Assembly (NCBI GenBank): GCA_030704615.1
Contig: CM060734.1
Coordinates: forward strand, 18,290,001 to 18,354,000
Source: Takakia lepidozioides
Taxonomy: Eukaryota; Plantae; Bryophyta
Length of the DNA stretch: 64,000 nt
Reading direction: 5' to 3'
Below, one piece after another: positions 38,901 through 49,417 of this stretch (positions are counted from its first letter, which is position 1; every line of letters begins with the position of its first letter). The notes beneath the pieces are model-generated. The model made no database searches. It saw only the letters and a program-made list of their open reading frames with translations, and was not told the origin of the DNA. A program made the translations under genes and the position numbers.

Positions 38901-38908
38901 GCTCGCAT
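32951..38908 (-). CDS. SMXL: SMAX1-LIKE protein (KAI2/strigolactone signalling repressor, ClpB-like), about 1260 aa, 5 exons
   Basis: Starts with double Clp-N ([41 protein letters not shown]), then D1 ([29 protein letters not shown]) and D2 ([17 protein letters not shown]). Has a degron-like YRGRT (33998-34009) and EAR motif LDLNL (33476-33490). Phase-consistent GT-AG exons: 38908-38338, 37956-37203, 36660-36327, 36078(or 36054)-35895, 34896(or 34893)-32951. Confidence 0.95.
35200..35625 (-). mobile_element. 5'-truncated non-LTR retrotransposon 3' end (RTEX/CR1-like) in SMXL intron 4
   Basis: [32 protein letters not shown] is a degenerate CCHC knuckle typical of LINE C-termini. It ends in a short ACAAACAAC tail. 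Confidence 0.65.
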
Positions 38909-40329
38909 CCCTCTCGCTTAATAACTACCCTACTCTCTGCAGCTATTTTCCTGCTTGCAAACGCAAGCTGTCTTCTACACCAGTTCGCTTATACACCTAT
39001 CCAGCAGTTTCACCCCAGAACCTTCGCCCGCTCTTTGGTATGAATGGTAGTCTTCCACCGCCTGACGCGCAGTCGAAATGCGGTCAGCACTGCATACGTT
39101 GGACAATCACTCTCTCCCTACTTCTGCGATTCCCTGTACCATCGTCTTTTGTTGACCACCCTCCCTGTAACGCACCTGCGACAGCTTACCAATGAGCACG
39201 AAGCCAAGCCTGAATGGCCTGGCACAATCTTTTCCATTTGGAAGACCAGGCTCGCCTGCATCTCTCCACCGCAAAACCGCAATTTGAGCAACCATTCTCG
39301 TATCTCTTTCTGTTTATCGCTCAGTTCCAGTGTACTGTCCCTTGGCTAGAGATTGACCCACTAATGCAGTCTGACACAAGGTTGACTGTACATGTCCACC
39401 ATCGCCAGACCCGCTCCAGTTTGAGAATCTCTGACAGATTGCGCTAGCCACTTTCCTACCTCCTTATGCCCGACTGCATCTCTCTTTCTCTCTCTTCATT
39501 AACACTGCTTCTCACTAGTCACACTCTCTCAGTTACTACTCGCCACCGCCTCCTCCAACCCCGGTTACACCCTCAGCTCCTGTTTAGTTTGGTTTACCTC
39601 AACTACTCTTTACATTACACATTTCTTGTGAACCCGTTCTTCATCCAACCGCGGCAATACGTGTATCCACTGGGGGTGGTGTCCATCATCCATCCGGATA
39701 AGCAGCTCGACCGACTCTAACCACTCAACTGCAATCACTCATCTATTTTCCATTCAGCTCTGGAAAGCTGCATCTCATCCATCCCACCCATTCTATTCTA
39801 ACCCACACCTGTACTTAGACTTTTCCTTATCCTAATCTGCCTCGCTTCTGTTCATACCGCTGCTCCGTCGACCACCATCCACTGGAAAGGCGGGAGTTGG
39901 CTTCAGACGCAGTGCAAAGGTTCCCAGTTCAACTACAGAAATTTTAGGCAAATCCAAGATGCAACCGCTCAAAAGTGCGGGTAGGATTGCGGTGGGTGGG
40001 GCCGGCCTGACGCATTCAATCTTATTTCCAGAGCCGTGTATGCCTCTCAATTTGTATAGTCTGGTCTATAATGAGGCTCGTCTCATAGAGGTGGGTTACC
40101 TCCGTGGAGACTAATTGAGTCAGTTTTTTTTTTTTTTCCCAAAATCGCCACAAGGGACACAAATAATTTCTACCCAGTGCCCATGTGGCGAGAATAACGA
40201 GGTGGCAATGTCGTGGCTCTTTGCTTTTAGGGCAGAGGGTCGGACATGGGAGGAGTTGCTTCTGTTGTGGGGGTAGCTGCAATAATGGGAGTGGGGGTTG
40301 AATGACCCCAGAGCAAAGTTTGGTGCACC

Positions 40330-40540
40330 ACCACCATAACCCTTAACTCCCCCGAGTCGCAGTGACTCTTGGCCCACTCACCACGACACGGTTAGTTTGC
40401 GATGAGACCGAAGCCTCCCCCAAGATTCCCACTTCCACAACCCCTTTTTGAGCCCCTTTTTGAGTCCTATGTCGCCCCCACTACAAGTCCGTACATTACT
40501 ACCACCCCACTTGGTTGAGGGGCTCCACCTAGTGATTAAC
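40330..40540 (-). mobile_element. LTR fragment homologous to 61570-61790
   Basis: Shared GAGTCGCRGTGASTCTTGGCCCACYCACCACGA, CTATGTCRCCCCCACTA and GGGGCTCCACCTAGTGA. Confidence 0.7.
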
Positions 40541-40896
40541 CGATCAAAGCTAGTGAAGCAAGTGAGCCAGCCGGAAAGTGACCAAGTGTGGGGAGCTAGT
40601 CCGAACTGCCTATAATTATACGGATTAATTTTCACTCAGCCCCTTGTGGTCGAGGGTTGTTTGGGAGAGAAAAATGGGATCGTTATACCCCGGCATAGTG
40701 GTCCGATGGTTGCGGAGCTGGGGTTTGATCAGTGTGTGATTGACGCGCACACCATGAGCCAGCATACGGGTCTTGGTATCCTCAGTAGCTAGGTATATGA
40801 AGCAAAATTTGGTGTGGGGCCAGTCTTCGCAATGTGGAGTATTTCAAACTCATCTCCATGGTAGTAGGTTTCCGTAATTAGATGCACTTGAGCAGG

Positions 40897-40965
40897 TAGC
40901 CCGGTGGTTGGGTGTTTGTGCCTTGCCTGTGCATAACCTAGGTGATCCTGGGTTCAATCCTTCAA
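40897..40965 (+). other. tRNA-derived SINE-like head (Pol III A and B boxes)
   Basis: TAGCCCGGTGG ... GGGTTCAATCC, with no full cloverleaf. Confidence 0.4.
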
Positions 40966-42299
40966 CATGTGCCTTCAGACCGTCCATTGGGCCCTCCATG
41001 GCCTGTGTGTTGAGCAGTAGGCTCTGTAAATTCACTGGACGTTAAAGAAACTTTGTCTTTCCAATTGTACCTAGGAGGGCATCGCTCGCCAAGTAGAGTA
41101 AGAGGTAGTCTGTGGATGCCAAGAGGTCGAAGGCCTTCTCGACCTTCCCCTGCATTGGCATGCCAGATGCCATGTTTATGACGAATGCCTGATCACCTCG
41201 TAGTAGAGCCAATCCGTCAGTTATTGTTTTTGTTTATTGCTTTTTTCAGGGTCGGCCCACGCCATAGTAGCCCACCACCAGTGGCGGGGCTTGGCCATAG
41301 CCACCCAAGCACCAAGGAGTATAGCCAGGGAGCAGCGGGGTCCGCACGCCTCGGCGTTGCAGCGCGGGGCCCCCGCGTTGACTCAGATTGTACGTCCAGC
41401 TTTATCGCAGGCCCCCGAGGGCGCCATCAAGGGAAATTCCTCACGTCCTTCCAGGAAGGCCCCGACGGTCGGACCTCTGGATATTTTCTCGGACCGCTGC
41501 ACTGACCAGCGGTCCGTCTCGCGGACCGCTCCGCGACGGCTTGCGCCCCGCCACATGGCGGGCGCCGCCTCTGACCAGCGGTTACTAGCATGAAGGCTCA
41601 AAAAGGGAGTTTTTCTTGACCTTAGACTAATTGATTTTGATATACCCCCTCTTGGGGTAATTTTGCTCAGATGTATGGGTAGCAGAATAGATAAATCGTC
41701 ATATTTTGGTAGGAGGTAGCCTTGTCCGGCCCCTTCGCTATAAGCTCAGGCTCTCACTTGGGGAGTGAGTAGGGGTTGAGTTCCATGTCGAGACAGCCAG
41801 GAGACAAAAGTGAATCAAAACTACACTAGCGCGATTTTAGGCTACAGTATTAAACAGTGCCAAGGGGGAAAGGTGGAGGATGACACGTTCTAGGTGCAAT
41901 AGGATCCCCGCTACCCTTAAGACACGGCCCTCAAGGGGCGCTTGAAGGCCAGGTGGCCAAGCTGAAGGCTCGGGCCCGCCACTGTTGGAGCCACGTTCAT
42001 TCCTAGAGCGCACTAACATTTATTGGATGAATAGGTGGATTTCATCTGCGGCACATTTTCCGTCCGTCCGCTGACTGGCGGCGCTCCCGCCACTGGGGAA
42101 CAGTTCCCTACGTTCACGGCCGTTCTCGGCCTGTTCCCGGGATGCCCTAGAGGTAATTTTGGTATCATTGCAATCTAGGGAGTATGTTCTATTCAAGGAT
42201 CATTTTTAGGATTTACTTATATTCTTATTAATTTTGGGCATTTATTGATTTGTTAATTGGGATAAATAATCCTATGATTGTTGAATTTCAAGGGACCTC

Positions 42300-42779
42300 T
42301 TTGACGCCCGGAATTAGGGGAGATCAAAAAGAGATTTGCCCTTCTTGAGGAGTGGATTGAACTCAACGACCCACAAACTGGAGGGGCATTAGGAAGAGGC
42401 GTCTCCCTCCCTTCCTAAACCCCGATAGGTGCTTTGAGAAGGGACAACGAATTAGGTCCCGGCTATCAGCGGTTCAGGGGTTTAGGCAGTAGGATATAGT
42501 CAATAAAACTAAGACTTGGAAGACAATTGTATGATAAAAACCACATAAACAAACCGTAGGATTTAGGAACGCAATCTTGCCGTGTGAATGAGAACTTGAT
42601 TTCTTCTTTGCCGGTAGAATTAGATCTAGATCAGTAGCCGCCACTAGCATTACCGCGGAACCCCCTGCACTAACCACAGTCGGGTGGGCGGTTCTTGAGC
42701 CCAACCCATTCCGCTACACACCTCAACCCATCCTAGCTAGTATGCCGTCACCCTGACCGCGCGCGTCCAGGGCTCGTCA
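42300..42779 (+). mobile_element. 3' part of an LTR (same family as 60758-61923, opposite orientation); may start near 41111
   Basis: The reverse complement aligns with 60758-61230 and ends GGGCTCGTCA. Confidence 0.8.
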
Positions 42780-43304
42780 CAGGGACCTCTCATGGATTTT
42801 GCAGAGCTCATGGTGAAATTCTTGGACTAAAGCTATGGACCTCGACTCGAGCTCGGACGGGCCAAATGCTCCTGAATATAATGCTTCTGGGTGCGCTAAC
42901 TATTAGCTCCCTATAATGAAAGATTGGATACCCGAGGACCCTACTCATCATGGGTGCCCCCGAACTTCCCTCGGGTGCCCCGAACTCTGACCTAACATGG
43001 GGATGCTCAATGGGTCGCTCCCACATTGATAACAGAAAAGATTGGATACTCAGAGGACCTTACTCATGGAATAGACACAACATTTCTATCCTAATAATTG
43101 GACTACTCTCATGGCTCGCAGGGACCTCTCATAAATTTTGCAGAGCTCATGGTGAAATTCTTGACTGGAAAGATTGGATATTATGAGGACCCTACTCATA
43201 CTACTTTCACTAGAAAAGGTCGTAGGCCCTTCTGGGCTTTTCTACGCCTGAAATCCCTCCACTCATGTGAGGGGAGCAACAACCACTGCTCTAAAACTCA
43301 CCTT

Positions 43305-45337
43305 TTACCCCCTCACTGCTTTTCTGACTTTCCTCTCTCTATGAGGAATACTACAGCGGGATAAGGTGGAATTGACAAAAGGTTTAAGGGGTGGAGGTGA
43401 CTGGCCAAACCACGGGGGTTCGGTCTCTGCAACTGCTACCTCCTTCTCCTTGGGACGGATGTTATCTTCTTCCTGAAGTACAGTCTCCACCATTTTGCGT
43501 GCATCCAATTTCATTATCGTGAAGTCTAAACCCTCATGTTCTGATGCGGAAGTCGTTGACTCCGACGCCACATACCTAGGGCCTTTCCCCAGCGAATCTC
43601 GTTGCTGTCGGGTCATAACGACATAGCTACATTTGTTGGGTCTAGCTTGCGTGGTTGGGGTAGCTCTTGACTCACTTGCAATCCAATTCACCTTATGTTG
43701 CGTCTCCTGTTGGCGCACTGCATGGCTTTGTTGTACATTGGTCTGCTGCTGCTGGGGGGCCGTCGATGTGGAGCCTGATGTCCTCCCCGCACCGTACATC
43801 CTGAGAGGGAGACCATGTATTAGAAGATCCCTGGGCTATCTGAGCCGCAGGATTGGAATAAGCTACTCGGGGATTCTTCTCGTAGCTGCATTGCCTCCTG
43901 AATATGACGGGCCCGCCTGATCTGGCCTAGGCCGTTGCACAATTTGCGTTGGGGTGGCGAAATACATGCTATGCTGATGTGGTAGAGGGTTGGGTGGCGC
44001 GGTTTCATGTTGATCCGGAAATGGGGCTCGTTGCCCTTCCAAATTCCTCTCTACCTGCTGAATAGTAGCCGGTGCGGGACGGTCCACCTGCCTACGAGGA
44101 CATCTCTCCAACGGATGACCCTGTTGCCCACAATGGAGACATACGATGTCACTCCAACACTCCTCCGTTTGGTGGCCCACTCCACCACATTTTTGGCATA
44201 CCTTCCGTGGCTGGATGAACTGACGTTTTTGCCTCTCCTGATAATTCGGATTCCGGCTTACCTGCCTTTCTCGAATGGGATAAGGACAATGTTGAGCAGC
44301 ATGTCCTGGGCCGTTGCAGTTGGAACACCACACCTTTGCTGGGTTGGGACCGGATTCTTCAATTGGGGCCGCATCTCGATATCCTACATAGCTGGTGATC
44401 TGCTGGCCAATGGAGCTCATGCCATCCCCATTGTCTCAATGGTCTTCATGAGAGACGTTAATTGCACCTCTAGATGGCCCACTTGTGAATCAGATTGCCC
44501 GTTTGAATCTGCATGCGAGTTGGTAGGGACGACACTCGTGTATCGTGGTGCGGTTGGCGCCGCAACTAGTGTTGGGGTCATTGCTGGGATGTATGGTCTT
44601 GCCCCTCCAACATAAGAGGGCGTGTAATGCAAAGCGGGCTGGATTACCGCTATTAATGGTGCCGGCTTCTGAGTGGGCTCAATCGTAATGTATGATGGAA
44701 GTGCTAGCTCCGGCATCTTGACTCATTGCACCTGTCGATGCATGTTGTCGAAATCCTTGTCGACATGTATGGCATCTACCAGGGTTGCAGGCCTCTAGTG
44801 CAGTACATGGAAGTGAGTGGCCTCTCATAAACCACTTAAAAAACAATCTTTAAGCACCCCGTCGTCTAGGGGGGTCAAGGGATTTTGGAGTTGCATCAGC
44901 TCCCGGAACCTCATCTCGAAGTCCGCTACTTCCTCTGTGGGGCCTTGACGGATTCTCGCCAATGCCATCAAGAGGTTGGTGAATTGGTGCACCGCCCGGA
45001 AATGATCCAAGAATGCGTCCCGAATCTACTGCCAAGTGACAAATGTCCCCGGTGCCTGTTGCCAATACCAAGTAGATGTTCTTCCCCTCATGGTTGTGGG
45101 AAACCAAATCAGCCAATAAGCATCGTTTAGTGCTTGGTTAGAATAACAACACTGAATAAAACTCTTCACATGATATTCTGGATTTTCATGTTCTTCCACG
45201 GAGAACCAAGGCAAATGCCTGGGCAATATTAGCGGGGCTAAACCTACCGGGACCACAATGGGTACCTCAGGAGGTCCTCGAATATGTGCCATGGTTGACA
45301 CTAATGACGGTGATGGACTTTTGACCGTGCAAGTCAT
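43305..45337 (-). pseudogene. Ty3/Gypsy gag (Athila/Tat-like) with three CCHC zinc knuckles, multiple stops, pol absent
   Basis: LPWFSVEEHENPEYHVKSF...FPTTMRGRTSTWY...IRQGPTEEVADFEMRFREL is a retrotransposon gag domain. Knuckles: CSNCNGPGHAAQHC, CQKCGGVGHQTEEC, CLHCGQQGHPLERC. Confidence 0.9.
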
Positions 45338-46620
45338 GGTGAATAAGAGGGACTAGATACAGGGGAAACCACTCGAACACTCGACGTTAGAAGAACTATC
45401 TGTATTCTCTCCTTCCCACTCTATCTTATCTAGACTCTGAGTTTTTGAGTCTGATGCTAGACTCAATTCTCCAGGTTCTTCCCTAGTAATTGATCTCGGA
45501 CTGCTTCTCTGGCTAGTCTTCATTGTAACTGAGTATCGAAAGATATGCTATCTAGACTTGGGAGTGTTGCTCTTGATCCTGAGCTAGACATGTACACTCA
45601 CTGTTGTGCTAACAAAGATTCTCCTACTTCAGTTTGCACTAGAGGACCTATATTTCCTTGAACGACCATGTCAAGAATAAAGGAAGTTAGATCCGGATAT
45701 CTTCCATGGAATGTTGGTGATGGGGGTATGTCAGTATGCAGCTTCCCGTGTATTAGTCAATCTTCGTGACGTTACAGTATCTACACTCATCCCGACTTCG
45801 TACATAATGTGTTGTTAGGAGCTGACATGTATTCCAAGGAGTAAAGAAGTCTACCTGCCATCTTAGGTGTGATGTAAAATAAGACCTTGAGTGTAAAGCT
45901 CCTAAATATTTCCCTGGACACGAACAATATGGCCAATTGCGCCTGTCTTTACACCAATAAAAATGTTCGGGGGAGCCAATTTCCGAGGGTTGTTCGCACC
46001 AGACCCTTTCGTCTATCCACCCTTTCTTGATAGGCTTTCACTGAGCCAACTGATCAATAAAAGCTTCTACTTTGAGTCGAACCTCGGGGCTATGTTTCCA
46101 AAACCTGCTTCGGATCCTTTTGACCTTTGCTTCAAAAAGTCATGCCCTTTAGGGATTCATGGAAAAAAACAGTCTGGTTGATGATGATGTAATTTCTCGA
46201 ACGACTAAGACAAGTGAATTTTCCTTGCAAGGAGCGTTACAAAGCTTGCTTGATCGCAAGCTGAATATTTAGGAAAGGAAACAACAATGCAAATCTCAAG
46301 ACCTTAGGAGGGCCAGAAAACCTGCTTACCTAAGCTAGTGACAACATCACCTCATCCTCATTAAAGGGTGATCCTGGTACTGAGGCCAATGTAGAACTGC
46401 TAGTAGAAGAAACGGAATGTACTACCCTTAAAGGAATAATTGGGAGGAAATTGGTGGGGATGTCCCTTGCAAAGTGAAATGGTGGTGGCCGCTCCGGATC
46501 TGGTATGACGCTCGTGGAGCCGCTTGGGGACAGTCCTCAATCCATGTGATGTAATGTACGGTCGTTGCCACATCCAACTATCCATTGGTAATTAGCTCGA
46601 TGACTAGTGCGGCTGTATTA

Positions 46621-47764
46621 CACTACTACGTTTAGGAGGGTTTAACGACGCATGTCCCCCCGTGGCGCCTCTTCTGTTCGACGCCCCCGCCGCGCTCCCA
46701 TCGTGCGACGCCCTGGGCGTCGCTCGCCCCCGTGCAACGTTTCTGGCGTCGCAAACATAATGCCAAAATCCACAAAAACGTGAATTTTGGCCAAGTCCTA
46801 CAATGCGAAGCCTCAGGCGTCTTGAGTAAAATTTATTAAAAAAAAACGTTGCAAACTAGCTGCGACGCACTGGGAGTCGGCCCCTAGTGCGACCTTCCAA
46901 ATGTCGGTTAGGATGTTGTGACGCCCTAGCGACGCCCAGGGCATCGCAACAAGCACCCCGGGGAATCCAAAAAACAAAACAAAAAATGTCATTTTCTAAT
47001 TGCGACGCCCTGGAATCGCTGTATTGGAGCGACACACTGGGGGTCGCTTTAGAGTTTTTTTTTGAATTTGAATTTGAATTTGAATTTTTGATAAGTCATT
47101 TTTAGCGACGCCTCAGATGAAATGATCATTTTTTGGTTTCTGCAGTAAAGGGTATAGGAAAAGCGTCGCATTTAAGCGACGCGAGGAGTGTCGCTTTGAG
47201 GTCCCGACGAGCAACCGATGTCTGCATGAACTACCTTATGTACAATTAAATCATATGTTTGTGTGTAAGTCTTGTAACTGATATGTTGGTTAGTGTGAAG
47301 TGCCTTACCATGTAATCTAGGGGTCTTGAGTTCAAATTTGCCTAACAACATGTCGAATGATTTAGGAACTCGATATGTGTTGGCTACTTGCAAACACATG
47401 CTCATGGGTTAGGTTTGACATTAATTCGATGCTGCCACTACTTTGCAAGTGTTTGTCTCGCCATTTTTTGAACCGTGTGCAGTTTCGTCATTTTTTAAAA
47501 TTCAAAATTCAAAAAAACCTCCAAAAGCGACACCCAGGGCGTCGCTTTTAGAAAATGTTTTGGGGCGTCACAAGTGGGGATTTCCAGGGGGGGTGGATGT
47601 GTGACCCCCCAGCGTCGCCTTAAATCCTGCATCTGCGATACCCTCACAACGATGCATCTGCAACGCCTTCGGCGTTGCAGATTCGTGATTTTCGCGGGCC
47701 CGGAAATAGGCGAATAGCTCGGGCGTCACTAACCCCCCCCCCCCCCCGGAATGCGGGTGTAGTG
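46621..47764. mobile_element. Non-autonomous CACTA (En/Spm) element
   Basis: Termini CACTAC...GTAGTG, 3-bp TSD TTA on both sides, and many GCGACGCCC subterminal repeats in both orientations. Confidence 0.9.
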
Positions 47765-48523
47765 TTATCGCTGAGACTGGTGTAAAACCAGGGTGGACAA
47801 ATGTACTTAATAGTACTGTAAGGATGTGGGAGACGTTCTTCAACTTATTGCACAAATAGGCGGTGGCTTCTCCGGATCTCTGGATGGTGGGGTGATCCGA
47901 TGAAAATCAATGCCATCGTCGGCAATGGTTCGGCACAACGGACAAATCCTAGGTACGCCACCTGCCACGCGAGATGTGCCTCTAGGGAATACTGCACATT
48001 AAGATACCCCAGGAAGGGAGGTTGGCACCATCCGGGCTAAGGTGTGTTGAACCTGAAAAAAAAAAAAATGGGTGTCATGAGGGCTTTATCCCCCAATGGC
48101 CCTACTTTGGTCGAGATCCAGTACCCCCTGTATGTTTTGGCGATGTCAAGGATGCGACGGCGCATCAACCTGCAAATAACAGTTGCATCTTCTGTCCGTA
48201 CTTCACCAGATCGGGTGCCTGAAATGACACGATAGAGGCCAACTCCGTGCCTCAGAGGACAAATATAATCGATGGGCCTCCATCTGAGTGGCTATGCTGT
48301 ATCTCCATGTTTGCCATGGCGTTAGTACATCTAGGGAAGACTTGACAAAAACCTCCTATGTGAGGGACTTTTAGTCCTCGTTAGCATGTGGTTCTTCAAT
48401 CTTAATATGGTGAAGCAAATTCACAAACAAAATATAAAGCAAGACGTAAGAGAAAATAAGGATGAGAATACACATCGTTAGTTCATCCATGAAAATGTCG
48501 GGAATCCTGACTATTTACTTACA

Positions 48524-48540
48524 TCCCGGCAGACGCACCA
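48524..48540 (-). promoter_or_regulatory. Primer-binding site complementary to tRNA-Gly(UCC) 3' end
   Basis: Plus-strand TCCCGGCAGACGCACCA matches, from memory, the 3' end of plant cytosolic tRNA-Gly(UCC) plus CCA. It lies 6 nt from an LTR end (48547). Confidence 0.75.
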
Positions 48541-48546
48541 TTTATA

Positions 48547-48606
48547 TGACGAGCCCTGGGCGCGCGCGGCCAGGGTGACGGCATACTAGCTAGGAGGGTC
48601 GTGGCA
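48547..48606 (-). mobile_element. 60-bp U5 LTR end of the Gly-primed element
   Basis: Nearly identical to 60758-60813 and to the reverse complement of ~42733-42779. Confidence 0.85.
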
Positions 48607-48691
48607 GAGACCAGCTACAAAAGAAAATGTGCCTATACCCGAGGGGCCTATAACCGTGGGAATTGTCATTTTCAGTTTGGCTAATATGCTG

Positions 48692-48776
48692 TGTCGTGCG
48701 CATACATATCGCTACACAACTACATCGCTGTCCAAACCACACCACACATATATGCACAATAAAGTAGTCTGCCACA
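48692..48776 (-). repeat. LTR segment A, outer copy (85 bp, TG...CA)
   Basis: Identical to 49128-49212. Confidence 0.95.
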
Positions 48777-48777
48777 A

Positions 48778-49125
48778 TGATAAACAACCAACGAACACAC
48801 TGTTGACACAAAACATGAAAACCAAACCATCACTCTTAGAAATAGTAGTCGAACCAGGGGCACCCCAAGCTATGGGGACTCCACCCCACAACAACCTACA
48901 CTCCCATCATGAGCACACTTAGTCCTAAACGATGCAGGAGCTCGGTCGCGCAGGCTCAACTCGAGAGAGATGAGCCGCGCGACGGCCGCTCTCGTGAAGA
49001 TAAGACGGACCAGGTGTCAAACTAAACTTGACACCTGATTTAACACTTGACCTAAATCCAAGTGTTAAATACAAATAACTAGTTTTATTCTAGCTGTTTT
49101 CACATTGTGCTTATTTAACTTGACA
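48778..49125 (-). repeat. LTR segment B, 3' copy (348 bp, TG...CA)
   Basis: Matches 59467-59814 with about 5 transitions counted by eye. Confidence 0.95.
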
Positions 49126-49127
49126 GC

Positions 49128-49212
49128 TGTCGTGCGCATACATATCGCTACACAACTACATCGCTGTCCAAACCACACCACACATATATGCACAATAAAG
49201 TAGTCTGCCACA
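49128..49212 (-). repeat. LTR segment A, inner copy, adjacent to the PPT
   Basis: Identical to 48692-48776 and separated from B by the dinucleotide GC. Confidence 0.95.
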
Positions 49213-49213
49213 A

Positions 49214-49224
49214 TCGCCCCCCTA
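49214..49224 (-). promoter_or_regulatory. Polypurine tract
   Basis: Minus-strand TAGGGGGGCGA, followed by T and then TGTGGCAG, the start of A. Confidence 0.75.
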
Positions 49225-49417
49225 GCTGGTGGATAGGTCCCTCTACCTCCAGATAGCTACAAGATGAAATAGCCACAACCGTACTAAGTCCTCTATCACT
49301 GTCCCTATTGTACTCAAACTCTATAGACCAAGAGGCCGGGTACAAGAGTAGCCCCATCGTTAGTCGCCGTCTTGCAATCTGTGAACTTGAGCCATGATCT
49401 CGTGTGTTCAAGGTCTC

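Noticed and set aside
48524-48540. tRNA-Gly gene
   Set aside because: Only the 3' 17 nt including CCA are present, next to an LTR, which makes it a PBS.
48692-49212. Independent TRIM with 85-bp LTRs (A...A)
   Set aside because: There is no TSD around A...A, the PPT lies outside that pair on the pol side, and the interior is the B segment of the large element.
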